Virus record (IMG/VR): IMGVR_UViG_3300028827_000129
Span: 1 to 64,000 of that record
DNA from: a virus
Reading direction: 5' to 3' (one strand)
DNA: 64,000 nt
This document shows positions 1 to 10,278 of the stretch, piece by piece. The notes below the pieces were generated by a model. That model was not told the origin of the DNA, searched no databases, and saw only the letters and a program-made list of their open reading frames with translations. How positions within the stretch are numbered: the first letter of the stretch is position 1; every line of letters starts with the position of its first letter. The translations under genes were made by a program, and so were the position numbers.

Positions 1-1794
1 GACACTGCGTATCGGTCGCTGAACAAGCAGTCTGTCTTCACGGACTACACGAACGATGATTATCGTCTTGCCGCATCTGATACGGATCTGGATGATGGCG
101 TTGATCTGTCTGCGATAGGTTCGCCGTCGCAGTTCTCCGACGACATCGAAGATAACACGCGCTCGACGTGGTATATCGGCGCGAGTGAGTATGCTTCAAG
201 CGGGTTACAAGTATATGAGTATATTGCTACTGGGGGCATTATAACAGGCGGAGATGCATCTTCTGTTTATACATCTACGTTTACTTTTACCAGTGGCGTA
301 ATAATTGGCGGCTTATCAAATAGTGCATATTCTTTATCATTTTACCCAACTAATGGCTGTTTAATTGGAGGAGATGCTATAGTTAGCAGTTCTTCACTGC
401 AAGATATAACGTTTAATATGTCTGGAGGCTCTTTATCTAGTGGTACAAGTTTATTTTCCTTTAATGTAAATTGGGTGCCTGTAAATGGGGCTATTCTTGG
501 TGGACAAGCAAACTGTTCTAAATCTGTTACTTTTAATATGTTAAGCGGGGTTTTAGTAGGAGGTTATGTAGATTACACTAAGCATGTAAATGTAATATCA
601 ACAGATGGAGCATTAATAAATGGCCAAACTACTATTAATTATACCGCTGATTTTGTAGCTGTAAACGGTCTAATTTCTGGAGGCAATGCCCTCTTTTCTC
701 AAGAGGTCAATTTCTTACCTTCCGCAGGCACATTAATAGGAGGAGCTTCTTTAATCACCACTGGAGAAATAACAACCTATGACTTTATAATGTCAGGAGG
801 TTGTATTGTAAGCAATAATATTCTACCATATTCTATTACTAATGCATTTTACATGAATGGCGGGTGTAGAATTGGTGGTTTTATAATTCCCGCCCATACA
901 ATGGTATTTAGAGGTGCTGCATTTTATGGCCCAGAATTAGTATTAAACGGTAAATTTATAAGAAATGATAATTCTGGTTGGCATGTAGACCCTCAGTCAG
1001 GTTCTAATATACAGAATGAACAACTTGTAATGGCTGGTCAGCCAAAAATGGTGTGGTATGACTTGAACGGCATAGTATTGGCAAACCATAGATATATATT
1101 TAAATTTTCTTTAACACATTATAACCCAGGCATTTATTCTTTAGGAATGACAGGCTGTTTTGATTTATACGAAACAGTTCCTGGGGATTACACTCATACT
1201 TTTACTGCACAAACAGATGCTGGTGCCTTTTTCATTCAACCCATTTCTCTAGGGGTTGATATTGCATTTGATAACTTTAGCTTAAAAGAGAAAAACCCAT
1301 ACAGAGGCGCATTAGCATCAGGAACAGCACAAGTAAATGCTTATCAGAACGTCTTAGGAGCTGCAGGAGCCATTGTCGGAGGCATACCTGGCATAAGTCT
1401 TACACATACATATGAAAGCCTCTCTGGGTGTCTCTGTGGAGGTCTGAGCATCTTTGAATCAGGAATGCTGCAACACCATATTTGTGATGGCGGTTGTATT
1501 GCTGGAGCAATTGCAGAAATATATAAAACACTGATAATTTCTGGAGAAAGCCATAGTAGAGCACTAAATTATTTGGGCGATATTCTAGCAAGACATGTAA
1601 AACATTATCAATGTCCTATACATAAATCTGTTTATGAATGCAAGAAATACAATTGTATGTTTCATAAACGATTTATCTCAGCATTGAAGAGTATACAGAG
1701 ACATGTCCATAAAAATGATAAAGTGGTTCTTAAGGATAGATATGGTAGATCCTTAAGAACCACTTCAGTAATTAACAAGAACAAAAAGTATTAA
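1..1794 (+). CDS. 3' part of a large structural/tail-associated protein with Gly-rich repeats (open from before position 1)
   Basis: Frame 1 has no stop from base 1 to 1794, so the listed 418 start is internal. Recurrent xGGxLxGG units; a carbohydrate-binding-like insert (GPELVLNGKF...FDNFSLKE). Confidence 0.6.
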   Translation, partial: DTAYRSLNKQSVFTDYTNDDYRLAASDTDLDDGVDLSAIGSPSQFSDDIEDNTRSTWYIGASEYASSGLQVYEYIATGGIITGGDASSVYTSTFTFTSGVIIGGLSNSAYSLSFYPTNGCLIGGDAIVSSSSLQDITFNMSGGSLSSGTSLFSFNVNWVPVNGAILGGQANCSKSVTFNMLSGVLVGGYVDYTKHVNVISTDGALINGQTTINYTADFVAVNGLISGGNALFSQEVNFLPSAGTLIGGASLITTGEITTYDFIMSGGCIVSNNILPYSITNAFYMNGGCRIGGFIIPAHTMVFRGAAFYGPELVLNGKFIRNDNSGWHVDPQSGSNIQNEQLVMAGQPKMVWYDLNGIVLANHRYIFKFSLTHYNPGIYSLGMTGCFDLYETVPGDYTHTFTAQTDAGAFFIQPISLGVDIAFDNFSLKEKNPYRGALASGTAQVNAYQNVLGAAGAIVGGIPGISLTHTYESLSGCLCGGLSIFESGMLQHHICDGGCIAGAIAEIYKTLIISGESHSRALNYLGDILARHVKHYQCPIHKSVYECKKYNCMFHKRFISALKSIQRHVHKNDKVVLKDRYGRSLRTTSVINKNKKY

Positions 1795-2181
1795 TTATTC
1801 ATCTGTATCTTCTTGTTCTTGTTTTGATGATACAATGCCGGACAATACTTTATTTGCTATTAACTTATTTTGTTTTTCTTCTATTGTTTCGGCTATATAT
1901 TTGCCCCATTCTTTCCAATATTCTTCATCTTTGTAAATATTTTTATCTCTTAATATTCTTTTTATTATTTTTATATTTGCTATATTTTCAGCCAGTAAGC
2001 TCTCCATCATCTCTACTTTCATAACAATAGGTTCTAAATAATCAACCATTTTTTGTAGTTCTGTTGTAACATGATTGATAAAATCTTCATAAGCCTTAAT
2101 AATAGCTTCTGGCTCTAAAGACATTTTAGTTTTTTTATCTGGATCTTTATCTGTTTTCTTCCAATCTATTTTTTTTGCCAT
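1795..2181 (-). CDS. hypothetical protein
   Basis: 128-aa ORF preceded by AGGAG; last gene of the minus-strand operon, abutting the convergent plus-strand gene. Confidence 0.7.
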   Translation of the reverse strand: MAKKIDWKKTDKDPDKKTKMSLEPEAIIKAYEDFINHVTTELQKMVDYLEPIVMKVEMMESLLAENIANIKIIKRILRDKNIYKDEEYWKEWGKYIAETIEEKQNKLIANKVLSGIVSSKQEQEDTDE

Positions 2182-2201
2182 TTGTTAACTCCTAGTATAT
2201 T

Positions 2202-4262
2202 TTATTTAAAGTCTATAACGTAAACATAAGTTGGAACTCTTTTATTGTTAACGCCAAATAGTATTTGTGCAGGCTCGTCATGTACGCCCATTCTTTCTGC
2301 TAAGTCATCAGCTCCAGGTAAGCTCCCATTTCGAAATACCGGAATACCATTATAATTATTAATACCCCAATGATGCCAATGTCCTATAATCATAAAATCA
2401 TATTTATATTTTTTGTACCATCCTCCATACTTAGCTCTTGCTGATGGTGTATCCGTTTGAATAGGAGCAATATGCCTTATTAGTCCTTTATGTCCTTTTA
2501 CTTCGAAAATATTATAGTCGCCATATTTCACTTCTATGCCTATATTCTTATCACTATAATTATTGATAAGCATTTCTAATTGCTGATAAACAACATTGTC
2601 CCAGTTAGAATCTTCATGACCAGATGAATTCCCAGAAACGAAAGGTGGGCTTACCTTATTAAATCTAGTAATAAAAAAGCCAGTTTTTGTTTTTATACAA
2701 AAGCTCTTACCATCTTTATCTGGATTATCTATCTTCTTTTTAGTGTATTTAACAGTTTTTAATTTATCAGATATTACTATCTTATAATTATTTCTTTTAG
2801 TATTACGTTTTATTGTACTTATATCTTTTCCTAACATTAGACATATTGTTGATACTACGTCAAAAGTTTGCTTTGATGAAAATAAAAACTGTTGCTTATT
2901 GTCCTCTGCTATAGAAACTTCATCTAAAATAATTTCCAATTGTTTCTTATTAAATCTTATAAAGTCCCATGGCATTGTTTTTACTTTATTTAATTCTCTA
3001 TAAATTTTTAAAGCATAATTTTCTCCATATACACAAATTTTATATACAGGATTAGTACTTAGAGTAGGCTCTTTTGTTTCTATATATGGAATTTTATTTT
3101 CTTCCAATAATTTTTTCAAATGTTCTATTTTATGAAGCTTAGATAAGCGCCACTGCAATCTCGTCTTTTTCCCTGAATATTTTACAATTTCGCCATCTAC
3201 AATTAAATTAACTAATAACCTTAAATAATTGTCGCTATATACTTCTATTTGATCTTCTCTACAAATTGTACCTGGAGTATAAAATAAATTTTCTTTTGTA
3301 AAAATATTTTCTGCTTCTTTTGCTGTTTTTATTGTTTTATCAGCTAATAATAATTTATGGTCGAAAGTACATTGTAATAAAGGTAAATCTTTTGTATTGG
3401 CCGTGAATTCATACAATGTTTCATCGTCATTGTATTTAAATATAGATTCTGCCGGCTCAAATACAATGTTATTTTTTTCTATATCAACTTGTGCAATTAA
3501 ATCATCTAACGTTACATCTTCAATTTTTTTATACCCAACATTAGTCAAAACTTCAAAATAACCAGGAAGGCATCTGCCATGATTACCTTTTACTGCTATT
3601 ATCCTTACATTATCAACTAATTTTCTACATTCCAATATAAATTCCCAAATTGTTTTTGTGGCCGATTTAACTTGTTCTACAACAAAAGAATCAATATGAT
3701 ATGATTGAGTTTCATAAATTGTTTCATTATCTACAATATCCCCTACTAGACAAATAACGATCTCATCAATTTTCACACCTTTTCTTGCATATGAAATGAC
3801 TTCAAAAATTTTCTCTCTTAATTTCTTAAATCTTTCTTTTGCTATTTCTGTGTTATAAACAACCTTTTCCCCGTCTTTTACTACTTTACCAAAGTGCGTA
3901 TCACTAATTGCCACAACAATACTTTCATTGCTGGAAACTTTTGGCTGAAGTATATGTTTTTTTGACTTTATTTTAAATTCTTTTTTTAGATTTACCAATT
4001 CTTTAAAACTATCATTTAAAAGTTGTCTAATTCTTGATGATGGAACTTTCTTAATAATAATATCTTCTTCTTCATCATCTGTAATTATCTCTATTTCTTC
4101 ACTATTGTCTATGCGTTTAATTTTTTTCCTAATTGCTTCTGGTGATCTATGATATCCATTTTCTTCTAACAAATGAGCTAATTCTACATAACTTAAGTTA
4201 TGTCTATTGTCATTTATAATCGACAATTCCTCTTCTGACCATGAGCTAATATTGATTCTCAT
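2202..4262 (-). CDS. calcineurin-like metallophosphoesterase with N-terminal HTH-like region, interrupted by an intein
   Basis: Motifs SDTHFG, GDIVD, GNHG, GHWH; intein inserted directly after GNHGR. Confidence 0.85.
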   Translation of the reverse strand: MRINISSWSEEELSIINDNRHNLSYVELAHLLEENGYHRSPEAIRKKIKRIDNSEEIEIITDDEEEDIIIKKVPSSRIRQLLNDSFKELVNLKKEFKIKSKKHILQPKVSSNESIVVAISDTHFGKVVKDGEKVVYNTEIAKERFKKLREKIFEVISYARKGVKIDEIVICLVGDIVDNETIYETQSYHIDSFVVEQVKSATKTIWEFILECRKLVDNVRIIAVKGNHGRCLPGYFEVLTNVGYKKIEDVTLDDLIAQVDIEKNNIVFEPAESIFKYNDDETLYEFTANTKDLPLLQCTFDHKLLLADKTIKTAKEAENIFTKENLFYTPGTICREDQIEVYSDNYLRLLVNLIVDGEIVKYSGKKTRLQWRLSKLHKIEHLKKLLEENKIPYIETKEPTLSTNPVYKICVYGENYALKIYRELNKVKTMPWDFIRFNKKQLEIILDEVSIAEDNKQQFLFSSKQTFDVVSTICLMLGKDISTIKRNTKRNNYKIVISDKLKTVKYTKKKIDNPDKDGKSFCIKTKTGFFITRFNKVSPPFVSGNSSGHEDSNWDNVVYQQLEMLINNYSDKNIGIEVKYGDYNIFEVKGHKGLIRHIAPIQTDTPSARAKYGGWYKKYKYDFMIIGHWHHWGINNYNGIPVFRNGSLPGADDLAERMGVHDEPAQILFGVNNKRVPTYVYVIDFK
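2628..3572 (-). mobile_element. intein (315 aa) with probable LAGLIDADG homing endonuclease domain
   Basis: Starts at C231 (CLPGYFEVLT); block B-like CTFDHKLL; LAGLIDADG-like LLVNLIVDG; block F/G FCIKTKTGFFITR...FVSGN followed by Ser+1. Confidence 0.85.
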
Positions 4263-4274
4263 ATTTACACCTCT

Positions 4275-5093
4275 TTAATTTTTTAACATATCTTTTGTAA
4301 CACTGAGATCAAAACAAGTCCATGCATCCCACATAAAGTCTTGAATATATCTATAATCTAAATATCCATATCCTTTATCTCCCCAATTTGCAGACCAAGA
4401 GTTTTTGAATTTCACTCTTCTAGTTTTATCGTCGTATCCAACAATGCATACCGCATGACCTCCTAAGCAATATTTTGAGTTACTTGGATATTGAACATAT
4501 CCATCGGGAGTTGGCTTAAACATCTCTTCATAACATCCAATTCCTATTACAACTGGCGATCTAGTTAGGGCAGCTTTTAGTTCTAATAAATTATTAATCC
4601 TAGTATATTCACCAATACGTGTCCATCTTGCAATTAATGTAGCCCAAGATTCAGGGCTTCCTTTGAATTCGTCATTATATTCCCATGCTCCTTCTGTTGG
4701 TGTGCCTAACTTTTGCAAAACTTTTAACCCATAACGAATACTTGTGCCTTCAATATTAGGCCATGGGTCTATTTCTTTGCATTTATAGTAAAGCCATTGT
4801 TCTGATAAATCATAGGGTTTACCGTGCCTATGGTCTTTCTTTCCTGCTGCTACTTCTGCTTTATGTTCTTTAGTTTCTTGCCATTCCTTTAATGCAGTTA
4901 AAGCAAAAGCTACGCAGCTACCTAATTTTCCTTGATTTTTCACTGGAGTCATTTCTTCAGTATAATCAATAAAAACCGGCAAACTTTTTATTAATTCATA
5001 CTGAGTTTTATAAGGCATTCTAGTTAATACTGCATGGTCTCTCATGTCATGCGGATCCTTCATTAAGTTAAACATTTGCATACTTACCTCCAT
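4275..5093 (-). CDS. papain-like cysteine protease (peptidase C1)
   Basis: VKNQGKLGSCVAF (Gln/Cys), GHAVCIVGYD (His), KNSWSANWGDKGYG (Asn). Confidence 0.92.
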   Translation of the reverse strand: MEVSMQMFNLMKDPHDMRDHAVLTRMPYKTQYELIKSLPVFIDYTEEMTPVKNQGKLGSCVAFALTALKEWQETKEHKAEVAAGKKDHRHGKPYDLSEQWLYYKCKEIDPWPNIEGTSIRYGLKVLQKLGTPTEGAWEYNDEFKGSPESWATLIARWTRIGEYTRINNLLELKAALTRSPVVIGIGCYEEMFKPTPDGYVQYPSNSKYCLGGHAVCIVGYDDKTRRVKFKNSWSANWGDKGYGYLDYRYIQDFMWDAWTCFDLSVTKDMLKN

Positions 5094-7528
5094 TAAATTA
5101 GCTTTCTGAAAATATATTCTTTATTATTTAAATTTATTATAATTTCTTTATTCGTATAAGTTCCCATAAAATCAAAATCAGGTCGTGAATTTATAAAATT
5201 GAAACCAGGCTGTAAATTTATACATTTAACTTTTTCTTTTTGTATTTTCTTAACATTTAATTTAGGTTCTAAAATAGCCTTTACATTTAATCTTGGTTCT
5301 GACTTTAACTTATTTAACGTACCTCGAAATATATAAATTTTGCCTTCTTCAAATTGATTTGGATTTATGTTATATGCCGATGCCTCTAAGAAGGAAGATT
5401 CACCTGATATAAAAAACTTCATTATAATCTTGCCGGACCTTGTCTTAATTGTTTCTACGTTTTCTAAACTTCCTATGATATCAACTTTTTGAAAATTTCT
5501 TAATTTATTTACATCTTCACATCTTAACCCTCCTGTATAAAATGAAACTGCATGTTTATATGGATAAAATCCATATGTTTGTCTTTCCATAAAAGTCAAT
5601 TCTATTTCATTATATCTAGTTTCAGGCTCAATCATATAATAATCTAACAATCTTTCTTGTTTTAATTTGTTAATTAAATCGTGTTTAAAAATTTCTTCCT
5701 CTTCCATTGAACCAAAACGTTGACTAGCAGCTTCTTTATTTACACGAGCCATAATTCTTATCATTTTGTCTCTATTTTTCTTTTTAATCGTATATAAATG
5801 ATCAACATTAGCAAATAGTTTTGATCTATCTGATTCTATTTCATCAAAAGCTCCAGCTAGTATTAATGATTTGGTTACAGATGTATCAACAATTGTTGTA
5901 TTAATCCTCTTAACAAAGTCTATTAAGTTCTTAAATGGTCGAGCTTTTATAATTTCTTTTGCAGATTTTTTACTCAATCCTTTAATTGAAGCCAATCCAA
6001 AACGTATTCCATCAGACTCTATTTTAAAGCTACTTGTAGAATGATTAATAGAAGGTGGGTATAACTTAAGCCCATTTTTTTGTGCGTCGCAACAATAAAT
6101 CATTAATTTAACAGAATCGTTAAAGACTGATGACATTAATGCTGTCATATATTCTTTAAGAAAATGTGTTTTAAGATATGCAGTTTGATAAGTAATAAAG
6201 CTATAAGCTACAGCATGTGATTTATTGAACCCATATTCAGCAAAAGCGGCCATTTGGTCAAAAATCTTATTTGCTATATTTTTATCAATATTATTTTTTA
6301 TGCAACCATCAACAAATTTAACACGCTCTGACTCTACTTTATTAACAAGTTTTTTACCTAGAATTTTTCTTAATCCATCAGCTTCAGCAAGTGAATATCC
6401 TGCAAGTTCTCTTGCAATAGCCATAACTTGTTCTTGAAAGATTAGAATGCCATGTGTACTAGCTAATATTTTTTCTAGTTTAGGATGTAGGAGATTGATT
6501 GTAGAGCCATTAAATTTATTTTTAACATAAAGGTCACACATTCCTAATTGGATTGGTCCTGGGCGAAATAAGGCGTTTATATCAGCTATATCACTAATGT
6601 TTTGTGGAACAACTTGCTTAACAAGTTCTGTAATTGCCGACCCTTCTAACTGAAATATTCCTACTGTGTTACCTAAAGCTAGTTGTTTATATGTCTCTTT
6701 ATCATCGAAGGGAATATTATCAATATCCAATTCGATATTTTGAGTTTCTTTTATAAGTTGTTTTGTTTTATTGATAACTGTTAAAGTTTTAAGCCCTAGA
6801 ATATCAAATTTAACAATTCCTAGATCTTCTAGAGCACGCATATCATACTGCGTAACTTTTTCTTTTTTAATAAGTCCTATAGGCGTATAGTCGTATAATG
6901 AAGTATCAGCTATAGCAACACCAGCGGCATGTTGTCCAACATGCCGCATAAGCCCTTCTAATTTTAGCGCATATTGAATAATTTTAGAATTCTTAATTTT
7001 ATTAAGCCTTGGTTCTAGCTTTAGAGCTTCCTCTAAGCTTAATTGCTGACCAGCTACACCGTCAGGAATTAGTTTGGCAATTTTATCTACTTCCTTTAGG
7101 TCTATTTTTAATACTCTACCAATATCTCTTATGGCAGTTTTGGCAAACATACTGCCATAAGTACCAATTCTAGCAACTTTATGTTCTCCATATTTTTCAA
7201 TAAGATATTGAAAAATTTCTTCTCTTCTTTCTTTACAAAAATCCATGTCAATATCTGGCAAAGAGCCAGTTTTGACATTAACTAATCCTTTAGGTTCTTC
7301 GTCAGTTACGCCAAGACAATAAGCAATAGAAGAGTTGCATTTATTAGGCTTGCCTTGAATATTTTTATCTAATAAGTCTTTAAAATAATCTATTATCCAT
7401 GGATTGGTTTTAATTAAGTTGATTTCAAAATTTAACCAATCTTTTGGAACAGTTCTTTTTAGTTCTAATGACTTTTCTTTAATTAGTGAAATAAATTTTT
7501 CTTTAGTCATATTATTTCTCAAAATCAT
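5093..7528 (-). CDS. dnaE: DNA polymerase III alpha subunit, C-terminal part (palm/fingers/HhH/OB)
   Basis: PDIDMDF, HAAGV, KFDILGLKTL, GIFQLE, FNKSHAVAY, IRFGLASIKG; probable start at the second Met (MTKEK). Confidence 0.92.
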   Translation of the reverse strand: MILRNNMTKEKFISLIKEKSLELKRTVPKDWLNFEINLIKTNPWIIDYFKDLLDKNIQGKPNKCNSSIAYCLGVTDEEPKGLVNVKTGSLPDIDMDFCKERREEIFQYLIEKYGEHKVARIGTYGSMFAKTAIRDIGRVLKIDLKEVDKIAKLIPDGVAGQQLSLEEALKLEPRLNKIKNSKIIQYALKLEGLMRHVGQHAAGVAIADTSLYDYTPIGLIKKEKVTQYDMRALEDLGIVKFDILGLKTLTVINKTKQLIKETQNIELDIDNIPFDDKETYKQLALGNTVGIFQLEGSAITELVKQVVPQNISDIADINALFRPGPIQLGMCDLYVKNKFNGSTINLLHPKLEKILASTHGILIFQEQVMAIARELAGYSLAEADGLRKILGKKLVNKVESERVKFVDGCIKNNIDKNIANKIFDQMAAFAEYGFNKSHAVAYSFITYQTAYLKTHFLKEYMTALMSSVFNDSVKLMIYCCDAQKNGLKLYPPSINHSTSSFKIESDGIRFGLASIKGLSKKSAKEIIKARPFKNLIDFVKRINTTIVDTSVTKSLILAGAFDEIESDRSKLFANVDHLYTIKKKNRDKMIRIMARVNKEAASQRFGSMEEEEIFKHDLINKLKQERLLDYYMIEPETRYNEIELTFMERQTYGFYPYKHAVSFYTGGLRCEDVNKLRNFQKVDIIGSLENVETIKTRSGKIIMKFFISGESSFLEASAYNINPNQFEEGKIYIFRGTLNKLKSEPRLNVKAILEPKLNVKKIQKEKVKCINLQPGFNFINSRPDFDFMGTYTNKEIIINLNNKEYIFRKLI

Positions 7529-8690
7529 AAAGTGGGACTGGCACTCTGCCTGGATTTAAAAACCTTTCAAAATATAATCCATATTCTAAAGGATCAACTT
7601 TAGTTATATCTAAACAATATGTTACAAGACTTCCTGCAGAACTACCTCTACCTGCTCCAGTTTCAATTCCTTTATTTTTAGCAGTTTGAATTATATCTTT
7701 AATAATTAAAAAGTAGCTCTCAAAATCCATAAGATCTATTTGTTTTAATTCATATTCTAACCTATCAATATACTTTTTTGATGGTTTAGGAAATTTCTTT
7801 TTGAAACCTGCATATACAGCTCTTTTAAATTCTTCTTTATCATTCTCAATTTTCGGGATTTTTGGAATGCCCAAAGTTAATGTTATATCAATTTGATTAG
7901 CAATTTTAATTGTATTTGTTAAGACTTCTGGCATATGTCCCCATCTTTCCCACATTGTTTCTGGTGATTTAACATAAGTCTCTTCTGTTGTGAATTGTAA
8001 GTTGCCTCCTGTGCCGATTGATAAGAGGATTCTATGAGCCTCTGAATCGTTGGCATCAAGATAATGGCAGTCTGAAGTGATGATAACAGGAATTTTAGCA
8101 TCTTTTGAAAGTTTTAATATCTCCTTATTGAGTTTAACCTGGTCTTCTAGATCAGGTAAATCTTGTATTTCAAGATAAAAATTATTATCAAAAATTTCTT
8201 GGTAATATAAAGCTAATTTTAAAGCTTTTTCATATAAGCCATTTGATATTAATTTTGCTATCTTTCCTTTAAAACATGCACTTGTAGCAATAAGATTATC
8301 TCCATATTTTTCTAATAATTCATGATCAACCCTTGGCACATAATAAAATCCTTCCTCATAAGCTAATGAGGAAAGTTTTACTAGATTTTTATATCCTTGG
8401 TTATTTTTAGCTAATAAAATCATATGATACGCATAATCATATCCTTCTATTTTTTCTTTTCTATACCTTTCAAAAGGTGATACATATACTTCACATCCAA
8501 TAATTGGCTTAACATTATGTTTTTTCATATCAACATAGAAATTATATGCCCTACGCATATTGCCATGATCAGTAATAGCACAAGCTTCCATATTGTATTT
8601 AGCACACTTTTCAGCCAAATTGGATGTTTTTATCATTCCGTCTAAATTACTGCCATCTGTATGAAGATGTAAATGAACGTATTGTTTCAT
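7512..8690 (-). CDS. dnaE: DNA polymerase III alpha subunit, N-terminal part (PHP domain)
   Basis: HLHLHT, AITDHG, GCEVY, SDCHY, GRGSSAGSLVTYCLDIT, FERFLNPGR. Confidence 0.92.
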   Translation of the reverse strand: MKQYVHLHLHTDGSNLDGMIKTSNLAEKCAKYNMEACAITDHGNMRRAYNFYVDMKKHNVKPIIGCEVYVSPFERYRKEKIEGYDYAYHMILLAKNNQGYKNLVKLSSLAYEEGFYYVPRVDHELLEKYGDNLIATSACFKGKIAKLISNGLYEKALKLALYYQEIFDNNFYLEIQDLPDLEDQVKLNKEILKLSKDAKIPVIITSDCHYLDANDSEAHRILLSIGTGGNLQFTTEETYVKSPETMWERWGHMPEVLTNTIKIANQIDITLTLGIPKIPKIENDKEEFKRAVYAGFKKKFPKPSKKYIDRLEYELKQIDLMDFESYFLIIKDIIQTAKNKGIETGAGRGSSAGSLVTYCLDITKVDPLEYGLYFERFLNPGRVPVPLYDFEK

Positions 8691-8692
8691 AA

Positions 8693-9061
8693 TTATTTAA
8701 TGTATTTATCAGCAAAGCCGTTTTTTAACATTTCAAGATTTACATTAATATCTCCCTTATATACAAAACCTAGTAATCTGCCGTATTTATCTGGCTTATC
8801 ACTTAATGTTTTTACTATCAAATCACCTTTGTTTTTGCTGATAATATCTATTAATGCTTGTTTTGATTTTAATCCTTTTGTTTTTTCTTTACCTCTTACT
8901 TCTGGTGCATTAATGCCTGCTAAACGAATTTTAATATTTCTTAACCATACATGACAACCTAAATCAAGATTAACTGTAATTGTATCGCCATCATATATAT
9001 CTACAAGTTCTATTTTATAAAAATACAAACTTTTTTTGTTAAAGTTGTCCATTAGAAGCAC
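8693..9061 (-). CDS. thermonuclease (SNase-like)
   Basis: DGDT, IRLAGINAPE, DKYGRLLG motifs. Confidence 0.9.
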   Translation of the reverse strand: MLLMDNFNKKSLYFYKIELVDIYDGDTITVNLDLGCHVWLRNIKIRLAGINAPEVRGKEKTKGLKSKQALIDIISKNKGDLIVKTLSDKPDKYGRLLGFVYKGDINVNLEMLKNGFADKYIK

Positions 9062-10119
9062 CTATAATTTTCTATAATTTTATTTTTTATTTCTTCATAT
9101 AATTCTTTATTTTCTTTTAAATATTCTTTAAATTTATGTTCTCCTTGTGCTCTAAAGTCTTTATATGAATACCAAGCTCCGTGTTGTTCTATTACGTTTG
9201 TTTTTATACCTAATTTAATAACGTCTAATAATTTGTCTGGTCCATATTGAAAGCGAACAGGAAACTCAATCTTAATACCTGGCGGGTTACCTATTTTATT
9301 CTTTTTAATAATTGCTGTTACATCATAATATTCAGGATATGTATTAGTTTCAGCTACTTTTTCTACTTTAGCACTAAGTTCAATTCTTATAGAAGAATAA
9401 AATTTAGGAGCATTACCGCCAGTTGTTGTATTAGGATTGCCGAATAAAACTATCTTATTTCTCATTTGAGAAATTATAATAAATGTAGTTTTTGTTTTTC
9501 CTATTGTGTTGTTTAAGGTTCTTAGTCCTTGAGAAAACATTCTAGCCTGTAGACCCATATGATTATCTGAAATACTACCAGTAAATTCTTGTTCAGGACT
9601 TAAAGCAGCGCTAGAATCTAGAACAACAATACCATAAGCTCCAGTTTTAACCAGCATATTTGCTGTATCTAAAGCTTCTTCTCCTCCATCAGGAGAAATA
9701 ACATCTAATTTTGATAAATCAATGCCTAATCGTTCGCTAGCATATACAGGATCAAAAACATATTCAGCATCTATGAGCAAAGCTCTTTTATTTGTTGCTT
9801 TTTGAGATTCTGCAATAGCCATATAAGCTAACGTAGTTTTATTGCTTGATTCTTGTCCAAAAAATTCTATTATTCTTCCTTGCGGCCACCCTCCAGTACC
9901 TAAAGCTAAATCTAATGACAGTATTCCTGACGATGTAGCAGGAACTTTACCTACTTCAATATTAGCATAATTAATTAAATAACCTTTGCCTTTCTTTTTT
10001 ACTATTTGTGCTCTAGCTAGTTCTAGAGCTTGTTCTTGATCTAAATTCAATTTCTTTTTTGCCATAATAACCCCTTTATTTTTTAATGTCGTTAAGATTT
10101 GTTTGATCATATAGGTCAA
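9052..10119 (-). CDS. recA: RecA recombinase
   Basis: SGILSLDLALGTGGWPQGRIIE, IDAEY, VLDSSAAL, MGLQARMFSQ, TTGGNAPKFYSSIR; probable start MAKKK. Confidence 0.95.
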   Translation of the reverse strand: MTYMIKQILTTLKNKGVIMAKKKLNLDQEQALELARAQIVKKKGKGYLINYANIEVGKVPATSSGILSLDLALGTGGWPQGRIIEFFGQESSNKTTLAYMAIAESQKATNKRALLIDAEYVFDPVYASERLGIDLSKLDVISPDGGEEALDTANMLVKTGAYGIVVLDSSAALSPEQEFTGSISDNHMGLQARMFSQGLRTLNNTIGKTKTTFIIISQMRNKIVLFGNPNTTTGGNAPKFYSSIRIELSAKVEKVAETNTYPEYYDVTAIIKKNKIGNPPGIKIEFPVRFQYGPDKLLDVIKLGIKTNVIEQHGAWYSYKDFRAQGEHKFKEYLKENKELYEEIKNKIIENYRCF

Positions 10120-10249
10120 ACAATATTTGTCTTTCTAGAAGATAATCATTATCATTAACGCTATTTGCCAAAATAAAACGATATAAATTTTTAATTTGCT
10201 TCATCAAATCTTGTGTTATTTTTTCTTCATTCATTATTTGCCTCTTTAT

Positions 10250-10278
10250 AGTATAACTTGGAAACAACGTTTTGTCAA
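10250..10278 (-). promoter_or_regulatory. sigma70-type promoter upstream of the recA/dnaE operon
   Basis: Minus strand TTGACA-N17-TATACT. Confidence 0.75.

Noticed and set aside
7260-7560. Split intein or group I intron at the DnaE break
   Set aside because: No Cys/Ser start or HN/C end motifs; the intervening DNA is coding and resembles a duplicated DnaE segment
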